DNA of 62,890 bases, counting the filler, from Pristiophorus japonicus (taxonomy: Eukaryota), in the NCBI RefSeq assembly GCF_044704955.1. It is 4 parts of 3 records of this genome, joined end to end, with 100 filler letters (N's around TTAATTAATTAA, not from the genome) between each part and the next. Parts side by side here need not be neighbours in the genome. Positions count along the whole stretch, not along the records: positions 36,785 to 38,785 come from NC_091999.1; positions 38,886 to 62,890 come from NW_027254382.1; 2 more parts are not named here. One strand, given 5' to 3'. The notes beneath the pieces were generated by a model, which saw only the letters and a list, made by a program, of their open reading frames with translations, was not told the DNA's origin and searched no databases. The translations under genes were made by a program, and so were the position numbers. Shown here one piece after another: positions 36,785 through 49,929 of this stretch (position 1 is its first letter; each line of letters opens with the position of its first letter).

Positions 36785-38785
36785 AACATATAGAGAGAAT
36801 TGTTGATATAAGTTAAGAAATTAAGACAAATAGAGCTATATGTAGATTATAGGGCAGACTGATAGATAGAAAGATATTGATGCAATGAACAATTTGGTAG
36901 ATTGATAAAATTCAATCTGAAAGAGTAGAACAAGAATCTGAATGGACGGATATTGAATTATTTTGAATGAAACCCTATATCTTTTTCAGTTCGACTTAAG
37001 AATGTGGAAAATGCTGAGCTTTATCTTGAGGGTATGGAAATCTTATTGTGTACTGACAGCTGATCTACTGCACCGTGGCAGTGTGGACCAGTCATGTACA
37101 AATGTAGTGAGAGGAATTCACTGCTGAAAATCTCTGTGTTGACTGACACCTGATCTAATATGAATAGTTGTCGCACTGTAATAACATAGCTCAGGACCAT
37201 TGGCCTACCCAGTTCCCCAATAGATGGAGGACAACTGTACCCCGTCTATCTCTATAGAATTTTACCCCAGAAATCATATCCAATTGGGGTGGCGGGAGGA
37301 AATGGGAGATAGAAACATAGAAACACAGAAAATAGGTGCAGAAGTAGGCCATTCGGCCCTTAGATCCAAACCACAATTCAATAAAATCATAGCTAATCAT
37401 TCACATCAGAACCCCATTCCTGCTTTCTCTCCATACCCCTTGATCCCTTTAGCCACAAGGGCCATATCTAACTCCCTCTTGAATATATCCAATGAACTGG
37501 CATTAAGNNNNNNNNNNNNNNNNNNNNNNNNNNNNNNNNNNNNNNNNNNNNNNNNNNNNNNNNNNNNNNNNNNNNNNNNNNNNNNNNNNNNNNNNNNNNN
37601 NNNNNNNNNNNNNNNNNNNNNNNNNNNNNNNNNNNNNNNNNNNNNNNNNNNNNNNNNNNNNNNNNNNNNNNNNNNNNNNNNNNNNNNNNNNNNNNNNNNN
37701 NNNNNNNNNNNNNNNNNNNNNNNNNNNNNNNNNNNNNNNNNNNNNNNNNNNNNNNNNNNNNNNNNNNNNNNNNNNNNNNNNNNNNNNNNNNNNNNNNNNN
37801 NNNNNNNNNNNNNNNNNNNNNNNNNNNNNNNNNNNNNNNNNNNNNNNNNNNNNNNNNNNNNNCATCTCCCATTGCAAATTGCTACATTAACATTTTTCAT
37901 TCAATTGTGCATTATTAATATAGCTGTAGTTGCTGTGACTCAATACGAGGCCACTTCATTTCTACTGTCTCGATCCCAAATGTGTTGCCATTTTGAGTAT
38001 ATGAAAACAAATAGCATGCATCAATTTAACCTGGGCAACGCCACGAGCAATCTACTGCTGAATATCGGAAGTCACGAGCGAACCTCAGACTACTGGACCT
38101 CATTGCTGGTGACTTACTATAACGTTTCCGGCGACTCCAAGCCAGCAGTCGTGCTTCACATGCAGTTTGCAAACGGTTGATCTAGTTATGGGAACAAATA
38201 ATTCCCTGATGGAAGACGATAACATTTAAGACATGCTGTGTGTAGACAGGGCGGGGAGGCAATAGGAAGGCTTAAGTCTTTCGGGATGAAATATGGTTAG
38301 AATTGATGTGGGGACTTGATTTTACCGAGTCTCAACCCATGTTCCTCAATTGGAAAATAGCGACTGCATGGAGCATGTCCATATGCTTTTTCCCTTCCTT
38401 CATGATGGATCAGTGGGAATTGTTTGGGATTGAAAGAAGGCTACATGAAGAGAGCCAGGAGAGAGCATGGCAGTGGAATTAGTTTGGGCTTCATACACGA
38501 CTATAGGGAGAGAGTGGGGTACTGAGGTTAGTTTCGGATGGATAAAGGCTATGGTGCTTGGGTGGGCAGTGTGATTAGTGTGGGATTGATACAGGGCTAT
38601 GGTGCGTGGTGTGGCATTGTGATTGTTGTGGCATTGATCAAGGGCTATGGTGCGTGGGTGTGGTAGTGCAGTGTTATTAGTGAGGGATTGATACAGGGCT
38701 ATGTTGCATGGGTGTGGCAGTGTGATTAGTGTGGGATTGATACAAGGCTATGGTGCATGGGTGGGGCAGGGTGATTAGTGTGGGA
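36785..38785. repeat. 2-kb piece that is a near-identical reverse complement of 60877-62890
   Basis: ACATATAGAGAGAATTG at 36786 is the reverse complement of the window end. Mirror ORFs, scattered substitutions and an equivalent N gap. Confidence 0.95.
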
Positions 38786-38885
38786 NNNNNNNNNNNNNNN
38801 NNNNNNNNNNNNNNNNNNNNNNNNNNNNNTTAATTAATTAANNNNNNNNNNNNNNNNNNNNNNNNNNNNNNNNNNNNNNNNNNNN
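38786..38885. other. Artificial contig linker
   Basis: Same 100-bp N/TTAATTAATTAA/N structure. Confidence 0.95.
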
Positions 38886-39217
38886 TCTCTTGCAGTAAAT
38901 CTGTCAGATGGCAGTCGGCGGTGCTAAATTTACACAGAGCATCGTTTGTCTTGCGGCAAATCAGTCAGAGGGCAGCAGGGGGCGCAACAATTATTAAAGA
39001 TGATGACATTCCATGCGTTAAAAAATTAAGAAAGCAGTAGGGGGCGCTACAATTATAAACGAATAAAGATATTGAAAAAGAGATNNNNNNNNNNNNNNNN
39101 NNNNNNNNNNNNNNNNNNNNNNNNNNNNNNNNNNNNNNNNNNNNNNNNNNNNNNNNNNNNNNNNNNNNNNNNNNNNNNNNNNNNNNNNNNNNNNNNNNNN
39201 NNNNNNNNNNNNNNNNA

Positions 39218-39470
39218 ATCTGCCAGATAGGCAGATAGAAAGATAGACAGACAGCCGAATAGATTGATAGTTACATAGATCGACTGATACATATATGGAT
39301 AGATAGACAGACATACCGACAGACAGACTGATAGACAGACTGACAGAAAGACTAACAGACATATAGTTAGACAGATAGACAGAGAGGGCTAGAAGAATCT
39401 ATAGATATATAGACAGACTGAAAGATAGATATTTATAGGTTACACAGATAGCTCGGTAGATAGGTAAATA
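39218..39470. repeat. Degenerate (GATA/GACA)n microsatellite
   Basis: AGATAGACAGAC runs. Similar tracts at about 36790-36900, 46500-46720 (as TCTA) and 56910-57030. Confidence 0.8.
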
Positions 39471-39829
39471 TCATGTTCAAAACAAAATATTAATTAAAGG
39501 AATGTCCTTGAAGAGAAAATGAGCGCTGTTTGCAGTTCGAGTTGTGTGTGTGGAAAAGTTACACTTTCAAAATCAAGTTATGGAAATCTCATTTTGTACT
39601 GACACTTGATAAATGTACATTTGACACACTGTAATTAATGAATGTAAACAACTTCCCCATCCAGTCTGAATCAGACCGACCTTCATCTCCTTTGCTTGTT
39701 GCTGGATGTGACGCTATGTCTCAGGATCAAGTGGCCACTATCTCAACAGTCCTTAAAACCGTGGAAGTACATTACGAGTCACATCAGAAATCATATTCAA
39801 TTGGAAATCAGTGAGGCACAATGCAGGGA

Positions 39830-40236
39830 TACATAATAACATAAAATATAGGAGCAGGAAGAGGCCATTTGGCCCCGTGAGCCTGCTCCGCCCTTCAGTA
39901 AGGTAATGGCTGATCTTGTACCTCAACTGCACTTTCCAGTACTATCAAGAATCCCATGATTCAGTTATTATTCGACAATCTATCGATATCTGCCTTGAAT
40001 ATACTGAACGAGTATGCCTCCACTGCCCTCTTGAGCAGAGAATTCCAAAGAATCACCCCCCTCTGTGAAGACATTTCTCTTCATCTAAGACCTGATTTAT
40101 CCTGAGATAGTGAAAGCCTCGTTCTAGACTCTCCTGCCAGATCTTTCCTGCGTCTACCCTGTAAAGCTCTGGAAGAATTGTATATGACATTTTATTCTTC
40201 GTAACTCTGGAGGATATAGGACTAGTCTACTCAATC
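39830..40236 (-). mobile_element. Decayed CR1 3' end
   Basis: ACATAA tail plus the reverse CR1 3' UTR (GGCCATTTGGCCCCGTGAGCCTGCTCCGCC). Confidence 0.75.
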
Positions 40237-40381
40237 NNNNNNNNNNNNNNNNNNNNNNNNNNNNNNNNNNNNNNNNNNNNNNNNNNNNNNNNNNNNNNNN
40301 NNNNNNNNNNNNNNNNNNNNNNNNNNNNNNNNNNNNNNNNNNNNNNNNNNNNNNNNNNNNNNNNNNNNNNNNNNNNNNNNN

Positions 40382-41105
40382 NAGCAGGGACTAAGAGGCA
40401 CCCGTCATTGTGCAGATATTACCATGAGGGTTACAGACTGAGACACCAGTCGATGTACTGATATGTCCCTGAGGAAGGAAGCCATATGGATACCAATCAA
40501 TGCCTGGATCTCTCCCTGATGGAGCGGGAGTGAGAAAAATCAGTCAATGTACAGATATCTCCCTGTGGAGTGGAACTGAGGGACATCGGTCAATATTCTG
40601 ATATCTCCATGAAGGAGAGGGACAGAGATAAACCGTCCATTGTACAGATAGCTCCTCAGGACATGAGACAGAGACACCCGTCAGTGTCCAGATATCTCTT
40701 GAGTATGCAGTTATAGCCATGAGGGATAGGAGAATGAGGACAACAGTCGATATATTGATACCTCCATGCTGGAAAGGGACGGAGAGACACTAGCCAGTGT
40801 AGAGCTATAGAGCTATCTCCCTCAGCGAGAGGAGACTGAGACGCCAGGCACTGCACAGATAACTCTTGTTCGAGCAGGGACTGAGGGACACCAGCCAGTC
40901 CACAGAAATCTCCCTGAGTTGGGAAGGGACTGAGAGATACCAGCAGTGTACAAACATTTCTGGAGTTACAAGAGACTGGGAGACACCAGTCAATGTAAAT
41001 ATGTTTTCCTGCGAGAGGGGTGGGGGGCATCGAGACATCTGTAAATATACAGTTAACATCGGAAGGGAGAGGGACTGAGACATTAGTCAGTGCACAGATA
41101 TCTCG
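40382..41105. repeat. Degenerate tandem repeat, unit about 47-49 bp
   Basis: Recurring GGGACTGAGAGACACCAGTCAATGTACAGATATCTCCCT-like unit. Confidence 0.8.
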
Positions 41106-41264
41106 CTTTCTCACGTATAGGATGACATTATTTTCAGCATTTCAATAACTTTAATCATATCCGTCCATTTACAGGATGCAGTTTCCTCCTTGATGTGTGA
41201 AATTATGCATGCTGGAACCTCAGGGATCTCTCGTATCTACTGGTTTCCAAAGATTTCAGAGAGG

Positions 41265-42520
41265 AACATCATAGAATCACAAAAGTTTACAGCACGGAAG
41301 GAGGCCATTTCCTCCCATCGTGACTATGCCGGTCAATCAGCGGCAAACCAGCCAGATCCCACTTCCCAGCCTTGGTCCGTAACCCTGCAGGTTACGATAC
41401 GTCAACTGCACATTCAAGTACTTTGTAAATGTGGTGAGGGTTTCTCCATATGCCATCCTTTCAGCCAGTGAGTTCCAGACCTCCGTAACGCTCTGCGTTA
41501 AGAAATTGCCCTCAACTGCCCTCTAAACCTTCTACCAATTACTTTCAATTTATGCCCGCTGAAAGTCGACCCCTCTGCTATGGGAAATAGACCCTTTCTA
41601 TCTATTCTATCTTCGCCCCTCATAATTGAATACATCTCAATCAGTTCTCCCCTCAGCCTCGTCCGTTCCTAGGAAAACAAATTTAGCCTATCCAACCTGT
41701 ACTCACAGCTAATATTCTCCACTGCTGCCAACATCCTCCTAAATCTCCTCTATACCCTCTCGAGTGCAATCACGTCCTTCCTGTAATGTAGTGACCAGAA
41801 CTGCACTCAGTACTACAGCTGTGGCCTAACCAGTATTTTATACAGTTCAAACATAAACCACCTTTCTTGTATGCTATGCCTTGCCTAATAAAGGCAAGCA
41901 TTCCGTATGCCTTCTTAACCAGCTTATCTACCTTGTCTATTACCTTCAGGGATCTGCGGACATGCACTTTGGACATCCAAAGTCTCTTTGTTCTTCTACA
42001 CTTCTCAGTTTCCAACCATTTAAAGTGTATTCCCGTTCCTTGATAGCCATCCCCAAATGCATTACCTCACAGTTCTCTGGATTAAATTCAAATTTGCACT
42101 ATTCTGCACCCCTGACCAGTTGATTGATAACTTCCTGCATTACGCAACTTTCCTCTTCATTATCAACCATATAGCCAGTTTTAGTATCATCTGCAAACTT
42201 CTCAATCATACCCCCTATATTCAATTCGAAATCATTGATGTATATCACAAAAGGTTGAGCTCTAGTACTGAGCCCTGTGGAACCCCACTGGAAAGATCCT
42301 TCCAGCCACAGAAACACCCATCAACCGTTACCCATTGCTTCCTGCCTCTGAGCCAATTTTTGGTCCAACTTGCCATTTTGCCCTGTATCGCAAGAGTTTT
42401 TACTTTTGTGATCAGTTTGCCATGTGAGACCTTATCAAAAGCTTTGCGAAAATCCATATACACTACTTCATATGGTTGGCCCTCATCGACCCACCTGGTT
42501 AATTCCTCAAAAATGAGGTA
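41265..42520 (-). mobile_element. Decayed CR1 RT fragment
   Basis: YMDFRKAFDKV, GVPQGSVL and KFADDTK on the minus strand. Confidence 0.88.
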
Positions 42521-42688
42521 ACTTCAACCAGTCAAACCAAGTGAGATCGGATTAACATGGTGGAGAAGCAACTGATAACATCAACAACAAATAACCTTAC
42601 AGGGCAGTATCAACTGTTTTTCGAGAATATATCTTTAATTTACCCCATATTTTGATCGGTTGCTCTTTATTATTTGCCACAACATCAA

Positions 42689-45600
42689 ATGGTTAGTTTT
42701 GAGAGTTGGAACGCAAGTCAACAGATCCTGGTCGGAGATCAACTCATCCAATCAGACTGGACCCTCGATGGACAACGCCTATGACGAAGTGGCTCAGATC
42801 AAAATCATCGCCCTTCCCTTTTTCCTTGCATTAGTGCTTGTATCGGGCATTACCGGGACTTCAAGTGCACTGTGGCACATCATACGAATGAAGAAGGTCT
42901 CACAAGCAAGTGATGTCCTCCTTCTGGATTTAATGATCACCGACTTCTTTATTTTCCTGGTCTCTATACTTTCCCTTATTCAATTTATCCTTGGAAGCAG
43001 ATTATGGAGTAATTCCGTGATGTCAGTGCCCTCTTGCGTCTAATCAATCTTTATGGCAACGCACTTTTCATGACCTGCATTGCTTTTACATAGAAACATA
43101 GAAAATAGTTGCAAAAGTAGGCCATTCGGCCCTTCGAGCCTGCACCACCATTCAATATGATCATGGCTGATCATGAAACTTCATTACCCATTCCTGCTTT
43201 CTCTCCATACCCCTTGATCCATTTAGCTGCAACTGCCACATCTAACTCCCTTTTGAATATATCTAACGAACTGGCCTCAAAAACTTTTTGTGGAAGAGAA
43301 TTCCACATGTTCACATTTCTCTGAGTGAAGCAGTTTCTCCTCATCTCGGTCCTAATTGGCTTACCCCTTATCTTTAGACTCATGGTCCTGGACTTCCACA
43401 AATTAGGGTCCATTCTTCTTGCATCTAACCTGTCCAATCCCGTCCGAAATATACATGTTTCTATGAGATCCCCTCTCATTCTTCTAAATTCCAGTGAATA
43501 TAATCCTAGTCGATCCAGTCTTTCTTCATATGTCAGTTCTGCCATCTCGCAAATCTAACTTTTGAACCTTCGCTGCACTCCCTCAATAGCAAGAATGTCC
43601 TTCCTCAGGTAAGGAGACCACAACTCTACACAAATATCAAGGTGTGGCCTCACCAAGGCCTTGTACAACTTCAGTAAGACCTCCCTGCTCCTATATTCAA
43701 TAAGTCTCGCTATGAAGGCCAACATGCCATTCACCGCTTGCTGAACCTTCATGCCAACTTTCAATGACTGATTTGCCATGACACCCAGGTCTCGTTGCAC
43801 CTCCACTTTTCTTATTTGTCACCATTCAGATAATATTTTGCTTCCCTGTTTTTGTCTCCAAAGTGGATAACCTCACATTTATCTATATTATACTGCATCT
43901 GCCATGCATTTGCCCACTCACCTAACCTGTCCAATCACCCTGCAGCCTGTTACCATCCTCCTCACAGCTCACACTGCCATCCAACTTAGTGTCATCTGCA
44001 AACTTATAAATATTACATTCAATTTCTTCGTCTAAATCATTAATGTATATCGTAACTAGCTGAGGTCCCAGCACTGAACCTTGAGGTACCCCACTCGTCA
44101 CTGTCTGCAATTCTGAAAATCAATCGGTTATTCCTACTCTTTGCTTCCTGTCTGCCAATCAGTTCTCTATCTACGTCAATAAATTACCACCAATACCATG
44201 TGCTTTAATTTTTACGCACTAATCTCTGATGTGGGACCTGGCCAAAAGCCGTTTGAAAGTCCAAATACATGTCCACGCTATTGGTTACATCCTAAAAAAC
44301 TTCTAGACGATTTGGCAAACATGATTTCCCTTTCATTAATCCATACTGACTTGGACCGATCCTGTCACTGCTTTCCAAATGCGCTGCTATTACATCTTCA
44401 ATGATGGATTTCAAAATTTTCCCCAGTACCGATGTCAGGCTAACCGGTCTATAATTCCCTGTTTTCTTTCTCCCACCTTTTTTAAAACGTGCGGTTACAT
44501 TAGCTATCCTCCAAATCCATAGGAACTGATCTAGAATCTATAGAATGTTGGAAAATGAGCACCAATGCATCCATTATTTCTGGGGCCACATCCTTAAATA
44601 CTCAGGGATGCAGACTATCAGTCCCTGGGGTTTTACCGGCCGTCAATCCCATCAATTTCCCTAACACCTGATTCTGACTGCAAGGGACCTACATTTGTGC
44701 TAACTAATTTTTTACTCTTTACATATCTATCGAAGCTTTGCAGTCAGTTTTCATGTACTCGGCAAGCTTCCTCTCATACTCTAGTTGCCCCCTCCTAATT
44801 AAATCCTTTGCCCTACTCTGCTGAATTCTAAATTTCTCCCAGTGCTCAGGTTTGCTGCTTTTCTGGCCAGTTTATATGCCTCTTCCTTGGATTTAACACA
44901 ATCCCTAATTTCACTTGATAGCTACGGTTGAGCCACTTTCCCCGTTTTATTTTTATGCCAGACAGGGATGTGTAATTATTGAAGTTCATCCATGTGATCT
45001 TTAAAAGTCTGCCATTGCCTATCCACCGTCAACCCTTTAAGTATCTTTCACCAATCTATCCTAGCCAATCCACGTTTCATTCCATCGAAATTAACATTCT
45101 TTAATTTCAGGACTCTAGTCTCTGAATTAACTGTGTCACTCTCCATCTTAATGAAGAATTATATCAAATTAAGGTCACTCTTCCCCAAGTGGCCTCGCAG
45201 AACAAGATTGCTAATTAATCCTCTCTCATTACACAATCTAGGATGGCCAGCTCTCTAGTTGGTTCCTCGACATATTGGTCTAGAAAACCATCCCTTATAC
45301 ACTCCGGGAAATCCTCCTCCACCATATTGCTACCAGTTTGGTTAGCCCAATCTATATGTAAATTAAAGTCACCCATGATAACTGCTGTCCCTTTATTGCA
45401 CGCATCCCTAATTTCCTGTTTGATGCCACCCCAACCTCACTATGACTGTTTGGTGGTCCGTACACAAATTCCACTAGCGTTTTCTGCCCTTTGGTGTTCC
45501 GCAGCTCTACCCATACAGATTCGGCATCATCCAAGCTAATGTCCTTCTTTACTATTGCCTTAATATCCTCTTTTACCAGCAACGCTACCCCATCTCCTTG

Positions 45601-46160
45601 ACCAATATATTTTTTTGTCCACCACATTAGGTCCCATGTCTGGAGAAGGCCTCGATGCTACCTCATTCTAGCCTATGCAATTTGGGTGGCAGTGTTGGCC
45701 CTGAGCCTGATAGCCTTTTCATAATGAGAACTAGCCTATAATGTTTCATGCAAGTATATGCAATTATCGTGGCAAATTTTCATGCAATTTTTTGAAATTA
45801 AATTATTTCCAATCCTGATGTTGTTGATCTGCTATACCCTAACCACAAAAATAATGATAGAAGTGGGAGCTGAGAAGGAATCTATGGAGCTGATGAAGAA
45901 GAAAGTGCTGAAGTACATTCGTGTAATTTTGGTTCTTCTTTTCTGCTTTGACCCTTATCACATCCCTGAACTGTATTTTGATTGTATTTTGAGATTAAGG
46001 ATTTGCTAGATCCAGCGGATCCATTCTCAGTTTTTTTACAGGGGCAATGGTAAATTTTACAACATGAACCCTCACTTCATTTATTGCCTTCCTCAATCCC
46101 TTGCTGTACATTTTCAGGTCACAGAGCTTTGAATGGCGATAGCGCTGCTGCACTCTGTAA
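42689..46160 (+). pseudogene. Intronless class A GPCR pseudogene (P2Y/LPAR6-like delta group) split by a CR1 insertion
   Basis: N-terminal sequons, TM1 (ALPFFLALVLVSGITG), TM2 (LLDLMITDFF), TM3 (NLYGNALFMTCIAF|DQY), TM4 (AIWVAVL), TM5 (FPILMLLICY), TM6 (FCFDPYHI) and TM7 (FLNPLLYIF, 46095-46109). Several stops and frameshifts. Start position is inferred. Confidence 0.85.
43088..45599 (-). mobile_element. 5'-truncated CR1 inserted antisense in the GPCR
   Basis: (ACATAGAA)n tail at 43088, RT motifs (FADD at about 43995) and an APE remnant (GVALLVKEDI) at about 45350-45599. Confidence 0.93.
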
Positions 46161-47009
46161 CGTGCTCGAAACAGTAACCCACACGCTCACATCAGCAGGG
46201 TCTGGGTTAGAGTGTAAGAACTCACAATCTGCTTTTCCACATTAAGTTCGGAGAGAATGTGCTGAAGACACGGACATCAGGAGCAACACTGTTTGGGCCA
46301 GTAGTTGCGGCTGAGCAAATATGCTACAAATTATAGCAGATTGAACTTGCCTGATGTGAAATCATTCCAAACTTAGCTTGTGTGTCTATCAAGAACGAAT
46401 GATTACATTTATCTATCAATGTTACTTAGTCATAAATTTGTTCTCTGTTGATTTACCTTTCCGCGTATCACTAAAAGTACCGTTTAACCATATGCATATC
46501 TATCCAACCATCCATCACTTTCCATCTTTCTATGTATGTTTCTGTTGATGCATCGATTAATATCTCTATCACAGAATCCTTCTACCATTATCTAAATATT
46601 TATGTATCTCCATAATCTATCTATCTCTCTATCTAACTTTATTTATATGTTGCTATCTAAATCTATCTATCTCTCCATCTATCTGTCTCCATCACTCCTT
46701 CTATCGATCTGTCTCTATCGAATAATATTGGCCTGAATTTGCGGTCAGAGCTTTCCCATGGTCGAATGCCTCTGAACCACAAGAAAATACGAACCTAGCT
46801 GATGGTCATGGTAGTTCGAACACTGGCGCTCACGGCCTCTACAGGTACGCATGCATAAAGGTCCACATATCCCAGGGGTGCAAGCGTTTAGCATGTGACC
46901 CTGGGATCATTTGGGCCAGGGCGACCAATCAAAAGGTGAATCCCAGTTATGTTCATGGAGATTCCACTAACTTATGGAATCACCAAAAGCATAAATAGCA
47001 ATGTGCCTG

Positions 47010-49000
47010 TTGGACATGGCCAGAAAAAGCAGCAAACCTGAGGACTGGGACAAATTTAGAATTCAGCAGAGAAGGACAAAGGGTCAAATTCGGACGGGGA
47101 AAATAGATTGTGAGAGGAAGCTTTCTGGGAACATAAAAACTGACTGCAAAAGCTTCTATAGATATGCAAAGAGTAAACGATTAGTGAAAACAAACGTAGG
47201 CCCCTTTCAATCAGAATCAAGTGAATTTATAATGGGAAACAAAGAAATGGCAGACCAATTGAACAAATACTTTTGTTCTGTCTTCACTGAGGAAGACACA
47301 AATAACGTTTCAGAAATACTAGTTCCTCCTTCTCGATGGTCTAGTGAGAAGGAGGAACTGAAGGAAATTCTTATTGGTCAGGAAATTGTGTAAGGAAAAT
47401 TGACGTGATTGAAGGCCGATAAATTCCCAGGGCCTGATAGTCTGCATCCCACGAGTACTTACGGAAGTGTTCCCTAGAAATAATGGATGCATCGATGATA
47501 ATTTTCCAACAGTCTATCGACTCTGGATTAGTTCCTATGGACTGGAGGGTAGTTAATGTAACACCACTTTTTAAAAATGGAGGGAGAGAGAAAAGGGGAA
47601 ATCATAGACCAGTTAGCCTGACAAAGGTACTGGGGGAAATGTTGGAATCAATTGTTAAAGATGAATTAGCGGCATTTGGAAATCAGTGAAAGGAGCGCTC
47701 CAAGTCAGCATGGATTTAGGAAAGGGAAATCATGCTTGAAGAATCTTTTAGACTTTTGAAGGAAGTAACTAGTGGCGTGGACAAGGGAGAACCAGTGGAT
47801 GTGATGTATTTGGACTTTCAAAAGGCTTTTGACAAGGTTCCACACAAGAGATTGGTGTGCGAAAGTAAAGCACATGGTATTGGGGGCAATGTCTTGACGA
47901 GGATAGAGAAATGGTTAGCAGACAGGAAGCAGAGAGTCGGGTTAAACGTGTCCTTTTCAGAATTGCAGGCAGTGACTAGTGGGGTGCCACAGGGGTCAGT
48001 GCTGGGATCCCAGATAGTTACAACATACATCAATGATTAAGATGCAGGAATTGAGAGTAATATCTCCAACCTTGCAGATGACACTAAGCTGGGTGGTGGT
48101 GTGACCTGTGAGGAGGATGCTAACAGACTGCAGGATGACTCGGACAGGTTAGGCGAGTAAGAAAATGCATCACAGATGCATTATAATGTGGATAAATGTG
48201 CGGTTATCCAATTTGGTGGCAGAAACTTGAAGCCAGAATATTATCTGAATGGTGGCAGATTATGTAAAGGGGAGGTGCAACGAGACCTGCATGTCATGTT
48301 ACATAAGTCATTGAAGCTTGAAATGCAGTGCAGCAAGTGGTGAAGAAGGCAAATGGCATTTTGGCGTTCATAGCTAGGGGATTTAACTATACGAACAGGG
48401 AAGTCTTCCTGCAGCTCTACACGGCCTTGGTGAGGCCTCACTTGGAATATTGTGTTCACATTTGGTCTCCTAATCTGAGGAAGGAAGTTCTTGCTATTGA
48501 GGGAGTGCAGCGCAGGTTCACCAGACTGATGCCCTGGATGGCAGGACTGACATCTGAGGAGAGACTGGATCGACTGGGCGTCTATTCGCTGGAGTTTAGA
48601 AGAATGAGAGGGGATCTCATACAAACATACACAATTCTGACGGGACTGGACAGGTTAAATTCAGGAAGAATGCTCACGATGTTGGGGGAGTTCAGAACCA
48701 GAGGTCAGAGTCTAAGATTAAGGGGTAATCCATTTAGGACCAAGATGAGGAGAAGCTACTTCACTCAGAGAGTTGTTCTCCTGTGGAATTATTTTCCGCA
48801 GAGAGTTGTTGATGCCAGTTCGTTAGATATATTCAGGTGGGAGTTGAATATGGACCTTATGGCTAAAGGGAGAAAGGGGTATGGAGAGAAGGCAGGAAAT
48901 GGGTATTGAGGTGAATGTTCAGCCATGATCTTATTTAATGGTGGTGCAGGCTCGAATGTCCGAATGGCCTACTCCTGCAGCTATTTTCTATGTTTCTATG
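47010..49000 (+). mobile_element. Decayed CR1 ORF2 (RT to 3' tail)
   Basis: ORFs 47001, 47483, 47732 and 48328 carry CR1 motifs. TTCTATGT tail at about 48990. Confidence 0.92.
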
Positions 49001-49299
49001 CTTCGAAGTTCCTGCTGACCTGATCTATCAGGTCCTCTCTACCTGGTTTTCAGAGATCACATTGTAGGTGAGCACCTTAATCGTGGAGCAGTTTGCAGAC
49101 TTGTGCATAGTATACTAACACAGTGCCCCGCTCCCCGCCCCCCACCCCGGCACCAGCTCCAGCACGTGACTCTCCTGCGCTTTCCGATTGTCTCTCCAAC
49201 AGCTCACACTTTTGTCGTTGGTTGTTTTCTAGTGACCACGTATATTCTGGCCTCGTGTCTCCACCTCGCTGCTCGTCTCGGGTCCCGGCCATGCTGCTA

Positions 49300-49740
49300 G
49301 CCACCTGTGACGACCTCCCTGCTGGTATTTTCTGTATCTTCCCTGTGTCCCGACCTCCTTGTTGGTCCGTGCTGTACCTTTCCTGGTCGCAACTTATCTG
49401 TTGGACCGTGCTGTCCCTCCCCTTGGTCCCGATCACCCTGTTGTTCTGTACCTTACCTTCCTCGAGTACCGACCTTGCTGTTGGCCTCAGCCACCGACCT
49501 CACTGCTGGTTTGTGATGAATCTTCCCTGGATCCCAACTTTATTGCCTGTCTTGGCTTCCCGACCTCGCTTCTGCGCTGTGCCTCACGACCCTGATGCTG
49601 GTCTGTGCTGTATCTTCCCAGGGTTCCGACCTTACTGCTGGCCTTGGCTTCCCGACCTCGCTCCTGCACTCGGTCTCCGGACCTAGCTGCTGGTCTGTGT
49701 TGTACCTTCCCTGGGTTCCGTCCTCGCTGCTGACCCCTGC
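49300..49740. repeat. Degenerate tandem repeat just 5' of the RTE element
   Basis: Recurring CCGACCTC..CTGCTGGTCTGTGCTGTACCTTCCCTGGG-like units. Confidence 0.7.
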
Positions 49741-49929
49741 TAAACCGTTCATGGGTCCTCCGATCCTCGCCGGCCATCGATTCCCACAGTTCCTCCGATT
49801 CTCCATACCCGCGGTCACACAGCAACTGGTGCCACGTATTTTTACCGGGGTTTTACCCGTTTTCTTGCCAATCGCTGCCCGACTTGGATGGATTGGAGAC
49901 ACCCGGTGTTTGCGCCACACACATCTTGA

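Noticed and set aside
37863-38180. Open frame HLPLQIATL...QFANG, conserved in the copy at 61482-61799
   Set aside because: No recognisable domain. The conservation reflects recent duplication or allelism, and the ORF length is inflated by Ns.
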